Origin: Octopus vulgaris
Lineage: Eukaryota
Reading direction: 5' to 3'
DNA length: 64,000 nucleotides
Assembly (NCBI GenBank): GCA_951406725.2
Contig: OX597820.1
Location: 38,068,001-38,132,000 of the forward strand
Shown here: one piece after another, positions 27,385 to 40,615 of the stretch
How positions within the stretch are numbered: the first letter of the stretch is position 1
Layout of the letters: every line of letters starts with the position of its first letter
Notes under the pieces: model-generated
Told to the model about the DNA's origin: nothing
Seen by the model: only the letters and a program-made list of their open reading frames with translations
The model's database searches: none
Made by a program: the position numbers and the translations under genes

Positions 27385-27892
27385 CTTCTTCTTCTTCTTC
27401 TTCTTCTTCTACTTCTCCCCCCCTACCCCTTAACTTTGTCACTAATGTTTTTTAGTATAACACCTACGCTAATTCTATAAACAAGCCTGTCAATATAAAT
27501 ATTCTCCTGAATTGAACTGAGACTGCCAGCCGCCACTGACCATTCAAAATACGACCATCAGGGCACTCCCAGATTCTCCCACCCCCTTTCCTCACCAGCC
27601 TTCTTCCTCTACTACCCTACCAAGAACTCACAACGACCTCCAACACACAAGTGCAAACAAGGGAGTCAGAGAAAGGCAGAATGCCACTTAAATCTGAACA
27701 CTACTATAGAAATATTCTTTTAAAAAAACTTTTCTTCTAATTTTTCTAAATTTAATTATTTAATCGTTACAGTTGAAAAGGTCTCAAAATGACCGAAACC
27801 GGTACTGAAATGTTCACTATAAAATTATTTTAGCATTTTCTATTTTTGACTTGTTTTTTCATAGATATCAACTCGTGTGTTCCTTTTCACCC

Positions 27893-27900
<8 letters not shown>
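27385..27900 (+). repeat. 3' pseudo-LTR plus tail of the Penelope-like element
   Basis: Matches 24150-24626 inverted up to 27863; unique tail 27864-27900, then (TA)n. Confidence 0.92.
27770..27807 (+). ncRNA. Minimal type I hammerhead ribozyme, U3-A8 variant (3' pLTR copy)
   Basis: cag-TTGAAAA-GGTC-tcaaaat-GACC-GAAA-C-cg-G-TA-ctg: stems I and II, palindromic stem III ACCGGT, GUA cleavage triplet. Confidence 0.75.
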
Positions 27901-27933
<33 letters not shown>

Positions 27934-27934
27934 T

Positions 27935-27991
<57 letters not shown>

Positions 27992-28071
27992 TAATATTAC
28001 GTATATGATTTTAGCATTTTGAAGATCTTTTCGACATTTTTCATCAGCTGCCGACTGAAACTGCGTTTGCG

Positions 28072-28144
28072 CGGTTACTGAAGAGTATTTCGCCTAGCAA
28101 ATTATTTTATTTGCTTAATAACATTCGAAACGTAGGTATAACCG
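28072..28144 (+). ncRNA. Type I hammerhead-like motif in a separate ~300-bp cassette (27993-28290) between (TA)n arrays
   Basis: cggtta-CTGAAGA-G...(AGCAAAT-tatttt-ATTTGCT hairpin)...C-GAAA-C-gtag-G-TA-taaccg; perfect 6-bp stem I and intact core. Confidence 0.7.
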
Positions 28145-28291
28145 TAAAAAAATAACAAGGTAAAACTTTTTATTTTTCATTCCCTTGGAAATTGTTCTTA
28201 AATGTGTTTTCGGTCGTTTTGACTGCTTCTTCTAGCGTGTAAAACTACCTGTTAAAGGTATTTTATCTTGTGTTTAAAGTACTCTATCATA

Positions 28292-28339
<48 letters not shown>

Positions 28340-29331
28340 GAGGGCGTAATTTTGTTTCTGTCGACTAAATCCACTTACAAGGCCTTGGTCGGTCCGGGGT
28401 TATGGTGGAAACCACTTGTTTAATATGCTAAATAGTAGAACTGAAGCGGAAACCATGCAGTCGTGGAGCAAGGTTCTTACCAGACTGCCTTGTCCGCGCT
28501 TATGTATTTGTATGAATTCAATCCATATGCAAAAGAGAGTGATCAAATCGATGTGAAATATGGTTTGTGAAATGGTTCGTAGGGCTTCATAAATTGCTAA
28601 ATATTTCATAGGGTGAATTCTCGTTTGGTCGGGAATTCTACGTAATTCTAATCTAATATAATGTTGCAATTCATTTAATAGCCTCTGGAAGTTTTGTAAA
28701 AGGCTAAAATAAAAATTAAAATTAGATGATGCTTTTAAGTTAGATGGTTTCACCTAAAATTTTGCTCAGTGTTGTGTTACGGATTACGTAGTACATCAAT
28801 GACCACATCAATTGATTAATAATGCATGAAAATATATATTTAGTCTTGCCTTGTTCTAAAGTAATTTTGCTATTAAATACCCAAAGGAGACAGTATATGT
28901 AGTGATAGTTCTTTCACTCTTTGGTGTCTATATGTATATATTTATCGGATATTGATCATTATTTGAGTAATGTATCACATATCATAGGAAGTAATGAATT
29001 TTGCATAACACAATGTTATGTGGTTTCGTCTAAAGTAATTTAGTGGTTAACATTCTCGTGAAAGCGCATGATCTGAAAATCGAAATATCGGAATTATAAC
29101 CTTCTTCGGTTATACAAAATTAATGAGCTCATATCATATACACGCCATTAGATGATGTCTATAGAGAACTAAAGAAGTTAATTGGACAATGTATAACTTT
29201 GACAACATCGAAGTTAGATTAACTAATCGCTCGAAGAATTTCAGAACTGCCACTCTAGATGTAAAGTAGAAAATACTATATTCGAAATTTAGGGCACACA
29301 AATACTCCATTCCTCCATCCGGGTCCGTCCT

Positions 29332-29497
<166 letters not shown>

Positions 29498-29569
29498 ATG
29501 TATGCATGTGCATATGTTAATCTGTATCGATAAAGGCATGATGTGTGTGTGTGTGTGTTTGTTCGTGAT

Positions 29570-30974
29570 TGTAATTTATGCACGTCCACAAATTAGCACG
29601 CACGTCGCTCCAATTTTAGGAGGACATTCGTCAACATCCATTTTGGGTTTTGTCAACTTATTTTTTCCCGCGGTACGCGCGGATAGCGGTGAGACTCTAT
29701 TTTCAGCCATAGCTTTTAGTGGAAAAAAATCTATTTTCAGCCATAGCTTTCACCTATTTTGAAGATTGATAACATGAGTTAAGTCCCTTCTAGCCATAGC
29801 CAGGCGAAAGTGTATGTGTGAGGGAGAGAGAGAAGTTGTGCGTTGATGTATGTGTGTGTGAGGGAGAGAGAGTGTTTCGCAATGTCTAACAAAAATAGTA
29901 AAGAAAAAGTATGTGTAAGGAAGAGTGGCAGATAGTTTGACGGCGTCTAAAAAAAACAAGATTAAGAAAAGTGGAAGTTAGGCAGAGAGATTCACAGCGT
30001 CTAAACAAAAAAAAAAAAGGGAATGACAAAGTGAGAGGGAGAGAGAGAGGGGGTAACGACGTTCATAAAAAATAAAATGTGAAATGTTTTGTTTTTTCTT
30101 AAACACGAGATATAGTCTTCAAACTTAGTATGTTTTTGAAAGACACTATATCTTATAATCAGAGTATATATACTTTCTCACACAACAGTTACAATATATT
30201 CATTTTAAATCATTTATCTATTTTAAATCGTTCGTCTTTATCCCCCCTCTCTCTCACACACACATTACTTTGGGTGCGAAGGAGGTTTGTTTTTATTTTA
30301 CGCCGAGTTAAAAAGTGTTTTGTTGACAATCCATTTATTTATCAACAAGAAACAAAGAAGGAGGCAACAGTTTGTCAGTGAATTACACAATATAAATGGG
30401 GGCAATTTTCGAGGCGTCCACCACACCCCACTCCATTTCACGGACCACCAAAAAGGTCCAGAGTAGTTGATTCCAAGCAAAAAAATCGAATTTTTTTCTT
30501 AGTGAAAATCGTGCGAGTGTTGATCTACAAATTTACCAGCATTTTTTCCAGTCATTTCTGTTTATGAACATGTATGCTTGCACAAAACATGCAATAGGTG
30601 TATGTACGTACGAGTTTGTGTGTGTGTTCGTGTGTGTTGCCCATTTATATTTATGTTATATTATATTTATCTTATATTAAACTTTTAATACTTTTTGATA
30701 GTTATATTTTATAAAAAAAAATTAACAAATAAATAAATGAAATAATAATAATATATATATATATATATATATATATTTAAAAATTTATAAGGATGAATTA
30801 TTAATTTAAATAATTTTAAAAATTTTAACTTCAATTTAAATATTTCAAATTTTGAATTTTATATTTTATATATTTTTTATTAATTAATATTATTTCTATG
30901 TACTGGTTTATGATTTTCACTGTTTGATTTGACTAATATTGGTTTTATCTCAAATTTAATATAATATAATATAT

Positions 30975-31064
<90 letters not shown>

Positions 31065-31204
31065 TCATTCAAAGCAGCAGAAAATTCAACAAAGAGTAAC
31101 AGGTTTTGTTGAATTTTCTGCTGCTTTTAAATAAAGCATATTACTCTACCACTGGTATTTGAGTACTCTTTTTCCACCTTGTTTCACATTTATGTGTTTA
31201 CTCC

Positions 31205-31253
<49 letters not shown>

Positions 31254-31630
31254 CTGAAGTTGTCTGTGTACGGCAGGTTTGGTAGTCTTCAACTAGCACT
31301 ATCTCCTCCGAGACCCTGCGCCACAAGTTGACCACAATTAAAAGTATGATAGAAGAAGGCTTGCTCTTCCTTCCGTAGAAGAAAAAACTCAAATCGGCCC
31401 ATGTTAACACCAAAAATTATTTATATAAAAAAGGTGTTTTTTTTCTATGAAAATCCCTATTTTTTACGATTTATTGACTACTGTGTCGCCATTTTTCGGT
31501 GTATTTCAACCAGAAAAATGTTCACTTAAAGAGAATAACAAGCTACATAATGCAAAAGTTTTACTTTTCAAAAATTCCAATTCTAAAGGGTCGAAACTAA
31601 TCCGAGCAACGCCGGGCGATACTGTTAGTC
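29570..31630 (+). mobile_element. Probable non-autonomous Helitron relic, interrupted by microsatellites and a small pLTR fragment
   Basis: The 3' end CCGAGCAACGCCGGG-cgatactg-TTAGT resembles a Helitron terminal hairpin plus CTAG. The 5' boundary and continuity are uncertain. Confidence 0.4.
31061..31208 (+). mobile_element. Tiny cassette with a 23-bp terminal inversion (31071-31093 / 31105-31127) in (TA)n; probable Penelope pLTR 3' end
   Basis: AAAGCAGCAGAAAATTCAACAAA and its exact reverse complement, then AATAAA and a tail, with (TA)n on both sides. Confidence 0.55.
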
Positions 31631-31826
31631 TAAGATAATTAGTTTGAAAGAAGGTTTTGAATAAGGAGACACAATGTTGAACGTAGTATAAAAACTTTTA
31701 ACCCGGAAATTGATGTCAACCGCTTATTCAACAAGTGACTTATCGAAAAAGCTGTAAAGCAAAACTTAAAGACCCAGTGAAAACTAATCATACACACACA
31801 CACACACGCACGCACACATACATATA

Positions 31827-33083
31827 CGAGGGGCGTTCAATAAGTAATGCTTCTGACCCACTTGCATTTGTTTGATCTAGCTGTGCACTTATTTATACCT
31901 CTATAGATTAGGTGGCAAATTACAGCTCTGAACTAATTGTGGTGTCTGATTTACAGGTGTTTGAACTGAGTCAAGTGTGAAATGGAGCCTGTTGAGTGTC
32001 GAGCAGTGATCTGGTTTTTGTATTTGAAAGGACGCACACCACGGGAGACTTTTGATGAAATGAAAGTAACTTATGATGATGATGCCCCATCATATGACCT
32101 TGTAAAACGCTGGCATTGTGAATTCAAACATAGTCGGGACTCTGTGGAAACAGCTCCCAGATCTGGTCACCCCTTCTGCCGTTGATGAGACGTCTGTCCG
32201 TCAAGTTGAGGCTGCCATTTTGGAAGGTCAACGCATAACTATTCGCCAAATAGCCCATAAGGTCAAGATTAGTACCGGGTCTGTGGAAACTATCATTCAT
32301 GTCCATTTGCATATGCAAAAGGTGTCTGCCAGATGGATTTCCAGGTTGCTCACACCTTTCCAGAAGCAAGAATGCGTTGAGTGCTCGAGGATGAATTTGG
32401 AGATGTGCCAAGAAGATGAGTGAAAATTTTTCAAAAGATTGATCACACAGGATAAAACCTGGGTCCATCACTATGATCCATAGACCAAAGCCCAGTCAAT
32501 GCAGTGAAAGCACCGTGACTCACCTCCTCCAAAGAAGGTAAGGGTGCAGCCCTCCGCTGACAAGGTTATGCTCACAGTCTTCTGGGAGCAGGACGGAGTA
32601 GTGATGACAGATTTCCTGGCAAAGGGTACCACAATTACAGGAGCCTATCATGCTTCACTTTTGAGGAAATTAAGAGAAGCTATCAAAATCAAGAGGCGGG
32701 GCAAGATCAGCAAAGGCATCCTCCTCCTGCAGGACAACGCTCTGGTCCACAACTCGCGTGTCGCCAGATCAGAAGCACAGGCGTGCAGCTATGAACTCCT
32801 CCCCTTGCACCCTCTGATTTTCACCTCTTCCCAGCCATGAAGTTGATTTTGAAAGGAAAGCGTTTCCCAGATGATGCAGCCTTGATTTCTGAAGTCACGT
32901 CGTGGTTGGAGGACCAAGCTGGGGTCTTCTACAAAAACGGTCTCCAGAGCTGTATCAAACGATGGGAGAAATGCATAACTCTGGGTAGTTCCTATGTAGG
33001 AAAAGACTAATAACTGTGCCAAGTGTCGTTGCTCTACTGCTATGGGAAGTGGGTTAGGGGCATTACTTATTGAACGCCCCTCG
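31827..33083 (+). mobile_element. Full-length mariner transposon, copy 1 (transposase pseudogene 31982 to about 33010)
   Basis: TIRs CGAGGGGCGTTCAATAAGTAATGC / GCATTACTTATTGAACGCCCCTCG with TA TSDs. Motifs MEPVECRAVI, KVSARWI.RLLT, TQDKTWVHHYDP, KVMLTVFW, LLQDNA, SDFHLFP. Stops and frameshifts present. Confidence 0.95.
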
Positions 33084-34106
33084 TATATGTATACATACAC
33101 ATGAATACATAAATACGTACACCCATACATATACTTAGCAAGTAAAAGCACACGAAGCAAAAGGTGTATAAAGCTGTTTATTTTACACTTCTCCAGATCA
33201 GAACGCCTAAGACATTCGCTTCGGGACTTAATCCTGGAGAAAAATTTCCCTCTATAAATTTTGTGTCTAAAAAAAGATCAACTTGAACGCCAAGCGACAT
33301 CGGTGGTACACCACACGTGGTATTTCTTCATGATTTTTACCTTTGCAGTGACTGTTACTCCTCTGTCATTTGGAGCTAATTTGAAGTTTTGTTCCTATAT
33401 ATGGGAAAATGCAAAGAAGACATTTGTTTGTTTGTGCTGAGGTTTGCTAAGCTACATTTAGTGTAGTACAAGCACACAACGTGGAGAAGGTCAATATAAA
33501 GATACGTATGCTTATTTTTTACACGTTTCTGCGCATCAGAATGAGGAAGGCACACGTTACAGGACTTTGCGAGTAAAGAATTCTCTCAATAGGCTTTTCC
33601 GTAAAAACAGATCACAGGAACCTCTAAATGATGCCAGTAGAGTACTAAACATAGGGTTTCAACATGGTTTGACCACCACTCTAGTAGATATCATCTCGGA
33701 CATTTGGAGCTCAAATATGGTTTTTGTTCCCACATATATGTGTTGGACAGAAAAGAAAGGATTTGCTGGTGTATGCTGAACATTCCGTTGCTGGAATCAA
33801 TTGATGTTTGGACTGATGTATTTTACAAAAGTTTGATCTGAAACCGAGTCTTATCGCTAATATGATAAATAACAGACAATATTACTCTATGAAAATATAA
33901 CAATATTAGCTTCAAAATATAACATACCGGCTGATGTTTGTCCATTATTTTCCTTATATTTCCTAAAATCTTTTCGTAACTTTATCTCTAAGGACTTTTT
34001 AATGGATATATACTTTCAAATGATTTGAATTAACTAATTGAATTTCTGGTTATTTCACATCTCTGTAGCAAACCAGCGAGATGATAAAACACACACACAC
34101 ACACAC

Positions 34107-34139
<33 letters not shown>

Positions 34140-34767
34140 CACACTCTCATATTATATATATGCACATCTTTATTTCATTATACTTTATTGCATTAGAGTA
34201 TTGTAGTTGATAGGTGTGTGCTGTGCATGATGGTCGATATAACTTGTTTCATCTTATTGTATCATTATTCTGGTTAAATGGGCATTGTTATTCTATTGAG
34301 TATCAGTATGCGTGGGTGTGTGTGAATGTGCCAGCACCTGCTTCATGTATTTGTACAGCTTCCGTAATATTTTGTGTGACTGAACAGAACTTTTACTTCA
34401 AAAGTTTTATCCATCCATTGCTTCGGCATTGTGTTTTAAAAGAATATGGATATTTGTTCGTTCTCATTGAATTCTCGCCGGTGCACTGCAGTCATATCCC
34501 CGAAACTGCGGGCCGTTTCTCCAAATTAGGGTGTGGTAGTATCGTTATATTGCCGTTTCAAGCATTTGCTTGAATACATACTATTTTTCACTTTATCTAT
34601 GACAACAGTTTTTGTCAGTGCAAGATATGTTCTTAAATGTGTATGGCTTAAATGGTTGTGGTTCGATGTATCCGTCTGTTTCTTTCGAATAATTTCATTT
34701 GACGTATTGTTTCATATATTGCTTTTCTAGATTTACGTATTAGTTCACATCTGTCTGTCTGTCTATG

Positions 34768-34835
<68 letters not shown>

Positions 34836-34842
34836 ATATCAA

Positions 34843-34914
<72 letters not shown>

Positions 34915-34947
34915 GCCTGCCTGTCTGTCTGTCTATCTATCTATCTA

Positions 34948-35757
34948 TGTGGTCTGATCAATAAGTATCCGTAGTGTTGGCAGAGTAACGAAGCTAATTC
35001 ACGCAGAATGAAGCCGCTGGACACAGATTGACCTTCACCTCTGTTGTGCATATGCACTAGGTTTTAACGCTCTAGCTCACTTCCGCCGTTTACAGTAGTC
35101 CTTCGAAGGGAGGTGTGTAGCGTGTGATCGTCGCATTGAACATGACAGAGTAAGTTGAGTAGAGAATCTGCTTCAAAGTTTATCAAAAGCTTGGCGATAT
35201 CTACTCAGAGGCCTACGCAAAGCTTTCAAATGGCTTTTATCGTTCACGACACAATGAAGGAGATCTTGTGCGACCGGAATCCGAAAACGGGTTTGGCACA
35301 AACTTTGCAGACACGCGCCTCATACCCAAATCTTGATACTGGATTAGACTGAACCGTAACTAATCTGCACATTCTCTGATAACTCGTGGATAATTCGACG
35401 ATTTCCCCTCATATCTGTACGCACATCTGCGATGTTTTTCTAAATTCTGCTGGCTGTGAGTCTCCCAGAACGATCGTCAATATCAACATTGTTTCGGCCA
35501 TCTTCGACACATCTGAAATACCCGTACACTTGTGTGCGGCTCATACACCACTCTCCATACACTTTCTACAACTTCGCGTTGCCTCTGAGCAGGTATCACC
35601 ATGGTCAATGCGACGGTCACACGCTATACACCTTACTTCCAAGCACTGCTGTAAAGAGCAGAAGTGAGCTAGAACGTTAAAACATAATGCGGATGCACAG
35701 CAGAATTTACTCTGCGTTCTATAGTTATGGCAGCAATCCGCATACTTATTGATCAGA

Positions 35758-35760
<3 letters not shown>
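34948..35760 (-). mobile_element. Mariner-derived foldback element (two left ends), copy 2
   Basis: Same TIR (GTCTGATCAATAAGTAT), same internal junction and same internal deletion as 17735-18626, in opposite orientation. Confidence 0.8.
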
Positions 35761-35837
<77 letters not shown>

Positions 35838-36326
35838 ATATATATATATATCTGCCTACATGTCTGTCTGTCTGTATATGCATGTATATATGCATGTATG
35901 AATGTAAGTATGTATCTGTCTGCTTATGTGTGTATGTATGTATGCAGTATCTGTCAGCCTGTATGTCTGTCTAGACAGACAGATAGCTAGCTAGCTAGAT
36001 AAATAAATAGACAGAGAGATAAGTTCATGTTTAAGTTTGTGCGTGCAAACAAAAAGAACTCTCAGGGCATTGTGTAAAGTTTATACTTATAGTTAAATAG
36101 TGAATTGCTAAGGAAGTTGTATATTGCTTAACGTTTCCTGTACGAGAAATCTCTGTGATCTCTCTAGATGTACTTCATGAAAGGTAACTCGGAGATCACT
36201 GAAGTTTCGAGTGTTTCTGAAACTTAAAGTAATGTGCTAGTGGGTCTTTAACTGTTTGCCTAGACACACATACGCACATACACACATACAAACACACTCT
36301 CACACACAAAGTATAATACATACACA

Positions 36327-36399
<73 letters not shown>

Positions 36400-36554
36400 T
36401 ATGCATATCTGTATATACGTATATACATGTGTGTGTAGTGTGGGGTGGGTGGTCACATGTGTGTGTGGGTGTGTGCACATACAATCTGGCATATTGGCAT
36501 TCATGTAAATATCCACATAGCTACACATGCACACTTATATAAGTACACACACAC

Positions 36555-36603
<49 letters not shown>

Positions 36604-37099
36604 TACATACATACAAATAGAGACAAACACACAAACACTCACACATATACACACAGACACACAAACATGGACACACAGACACACACACGCGCACACATCC
36701 ACATACCCACGCAAACGTGCACATATATCTCTCTCTATATATATGGTGTGTGTGTTTGCGTTTTTACTAACGTATATTCATATAACCTATACATGCACAC
36801 TAATATATATACACACACACATATATATACACAAATACACATACACGCACATAAGCACACACATATATATATACACATACGCACACACATATATACACAT
36901 ACGCACACGCATACGCATCACACACATATTACCACACACACACACACATATTCTCGGATAAAGAAATATAGACTCCAGACAAACTAAGAGATGGTAATTA
37001 CTTTAAAGCTTTGGATCAGACAAGTGTTCTTAAGAGAAGTGCTGTTAACTTTAGACGCTTGCATTCCCGAACAAGGGTTCAGTGAAGACGGATCAATAT

Positions 37100-37305
<206 letters not shown>

Positions 37306-37880
37306 AAATAGATATCTTAAGCATACCTCTTCAGAATTTCATTCTTTAATAAGAGCAATTATGATTTTTGTGCATTGAAAATTGGAAATTTATCTGCTTT
37401 GAGATTTTTCTATAAATAAGTAACTTAATCTCTCTCTTTCTTTTCGCAATTTATATTCCTGAATTAAATCTTTGTTCACATGCAAAATTAAATCTCTGAT
37501 AATCAGTAATACAGAAAGTGGTGAAAGTATGATTATTATTCTGTTTGTCAACTATCTTATAGATACATCTGTTTTGAAGTTGCGTGTAATATCTCTTAGC
37601 GAAAAAGCTAGGATTGGTTAAAAATAGATAAATAAATAAATAAATAAATAAAGCTATACGTTTTATTGTCTAGCTTTTACAACATTCTTCCGTTGCTGCA
37701 AAATTTTAGATATCAATATATTTCATTATATTTTTGCAACATTACTAGACTACTATAATTCATTTATATAGTCTTTGTCTCACTTTTATAGCTTTCTTTA
37801 GTTATAAACACTTTTGTAGTACGCAGAATTTTCAAAATATGTAATATAAACAAGCATCCATCCATCCATCTTCGCCCACT

Positions 37881-38235
37881 ATTCCTTGACAGGCTGTGGG
37901 AGATTGGGAGGTAGTCTTCAGCTACCTCCATAGGATGGGTCAGATTTAGGTACAAGACCAGCAGTTTTGTGAGAAGGGTATTAGCCGATACCATAGACTC
38001 CAATATATCACTTTTATTCTAGTTTGCTTTTCTATCCCCCAGGGAATGAAAAGTATTCCTTGACGGGCAGTGGGAAATTGGGAGTTAGTCTTCAGCTACC
38101 TCATTAGGATGTGTCTGATTTAGGTACAAGACTAGCAGATTTGTGAGAATGGTATTAGCCGATACCATAGACTCCAATACGTCACCCGTATTCGAGTTTT
38201 CTTTTCTATCCCCCCCCCCCCAGGAAATGAAAAGT
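37881..38235. repeat. Tandem duplication of a ~174-bp unit (37881-38054 / 38055-38235)
   Basis: Both units start ATTCCTTGAC and share GTATTAGCCGATACCATAGACTCCAATA; the unit includes a decayed minus-strand SINE A segment. Confidence 0.85.
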
Positions 38236-38756
38236 AAGATTGAGTTAGGCTGGATTTAAACTCACAACATAAGATCTAGAAATAACTCAAAACATTTCTT
38301 TGGTCGGTCTAACGCTTGCCTCAGCTCATTGCCTTAAAAGCAAAAATTACTCCTTTTTACTAAAGTCACAAAGCCTGAAGTTTTTTAGGGTGGAGTAAGT
38401 CGATTACATCGATTACAGTATTCAATTGGCACTTATTTCATCGACCCCGAAAGGATGAAAAACAAGGTCAACCTCGGTGGGATTTGAAACCAGAGCGTAA
38501 AGACGGACAAAATGCAGCTAAGCATTAGGCTAGCTTGCTGACGATCTTGGTAGCACGATGCCTTCATAATAGCAATAATTATAACTAGCGGGACATGTTA
38601 ATATTTCACGGAATTAATAGTAAACCTATTATTTCTGAAAACTTTATCCCAAAAAACTGAAAGCGTATCCTGTGTCGTATCTGCATGGAAAGATAGTCGT
38701 TCCTCTGCTAGTCATTGAAAAGTGAAAGAAATCGGAATACTATGATTACTTAATGC

Positions 38757-38827
<71 letters not shown>

Positions 38828-39856
38828 TCTATATACTTAATGCACAATTTTATAGACTTAATACACAGCATATTCACTCTTATCTTTTCATGTTTCCCAC
38901 AGACAAAAAAGATATAAAATCTTTAGTTAAATTCAATATATCTGCCACATGAATAAGCGTGAAGATTTCACGTAAATGCACTTATGCGCATGCGTTAAGT
39001 GATAGCTGATATAAAAACAATAGGTCAATTAAAAAAAATGCAGTTTTGAATATCCAATATCAGCAACATTTCAGTGGTTCTTCTCCAACTGAGTCACATA
39101 ACGTGCTATCTCTACTCTTAAATTCACAGAATGCATTATGGAATTGTTTAAAATAAATTAGTTGAGATCTGGTGAGAGGAGATTAATAAGTTACAGTTCA
39201 GTTCAAAAGACTCTCAGATGTAACATGGTTTTCTGATAACGAAATTCTCTTCGAATCAAGTGCTTGCGGGTTCAATCTCACTGTGCCACACCATGTAGAA
39301 GTCTCTTCTGCTCGGGCATTAGGTTGACCAATACTTTGTAAATCGAACAGTAGTGTACGGAAACAGTACCCAGTATACGCAAGCACGCGCACGTGCACAC
39401 GCACATATGCACACACGCATACATACACACTAGCACACACACACACACCCATACACACACACACACACACACAAACACACACGTATAATATATAGGCGTT
39501 ACTGTGGATTAACAAATTTGCCTCAAAACCACTTAGTTCTGAATTTTAGTCCCCTAATTCCATGCTTTTCGTATATAAGCCGACGGAAATAGCTCTGAGC
39601 ATTAATGTTTTCATAATGAACGTTTCAGCCGCCTCGGACGGTCGGTGAAGTCTTGCAAATAGATTTGGTTGAGGTAAACCGAAAAAAACCCGTCGAATAT
39701 ATATAGAAAATGCACACAGACGGATTCCCACATCTATTGCAGGACAAATTTGTTAACCTGATGTATGATCGTGTATTGAGAGTTTATTGAGTATTTCGCT
39801 TGGACTTTTAATCCCTTTTTTTATTTTGATATATATATATATATATATATATGTAT

Positions 39857-40253
39857 AGTTAATCCAAACATGAAAACACGAAGAGAAAACACAACAACGC
39901 GAGGACGTGGAACAAGTATAGTATTATGGGACGCTCAGGAATGAAGGAGGGTTTAACGTTTCGAGCGGAGCTCTTCGTCAGAAACATAGGAAAAGGAAAG
40001 ATCCAAAGAAGGGAAGACGGAGGAAAAGTGGAAGTAGAAGAAGAAAGGTAAAAAGAAGATGAGGAAAAGTGGAAGAGTCACGTACAAATTTTTTGATTTC
40101 CAATCACGATTATAGTGGCGTACTCCGGATGAATGGTAACAGTAATCCGTAGGTGTAAAAATTTTTTTATCCAAGGCAGTCAGGAGGCCGAGGTCCGTGT
40201 GAGCGTGCGGTATATAAAGTTAATCCAAACATGAAAACACAAAGAGAAAACAC
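39857..40253 (-). mobile_element. 361-bp terminally redundant, hammerhead-bearing non-coding unit (Penelope pLTR monomer or retrozyme-like)
   Basis: 36-bp direct repeat at 39857-39892 and 40218-40253 (1 mismatch); hammerhead at 39951-39985; abuts (TA)n. Confidence 0.7.
39951..39985 (-). ncRNA. Minimal type I hammerhead ribozyme
   Basis: Minus strand: gttt-CTGACGA-A-GAGC-tcc-GCTC-GAAA-CG-T-T-aaac; intact core and palindromic AACGTT stem III. Confidence 0.75.
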
Positions 40254-40294
40254 GTGTGTGAATGTGTGTGTGCGTGTATATTGGTATTTGCGTT

Positions 40295-40615
40295 TCTTTC
40301 CCAGACCGGGCGTTGTGAGTGTTTATTGAGCGAAAACACCTAAAGCTCCACGAGGCTCCGGCAGGGAATGGTGGTGATCCCTGCTGTACTCTTTCACCAC
40401 AACTTTCTCTCACTCTTACTTCCTCTTTCTGTTGTACCTGTATTTCAAAGGGCCGGCCTTGTCACTCTTTGTGTTACGCTGAATATCCCCGAGAACTACG
40501 TTAAGTGTACACGTGTCTGTGGAATGCTCAGCCACTTACACGTTAATGTCATGAGCAGGCTGTTCCGTTGATTCGGATCAACCGGAACCCTCGTCGTCGT
40601 AACCGACGGAGTGTT
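40295..40615 (+). mobile_element. SINE family C, 5'-truncated, tail type 1
   Basis: High similarity to 53388-53769. Confidence 0.8.

Larger units (their letters stand above)
24150..27900 (+). mobile_element. Penelope-like retroelement (Neptune-type) with inverted pseudo-LTRs, inserted in (TA)n
   Basis: RT plus GIY-YIG ORF; about 480-bp inverted terminal repeats; the 3' copy is extended by a 37-bp tail; (TA)n on both flanks; hammerhead in each pLTR. Confidence 0.93.

Noticed and set aside
36196-36987. Long YI/HT/CV-repeat ORFs (here and throughout the window)
   Set aside because: Products of (TA)n, (CA)n and (TG)n arrays, which lack stop codons in these frames.
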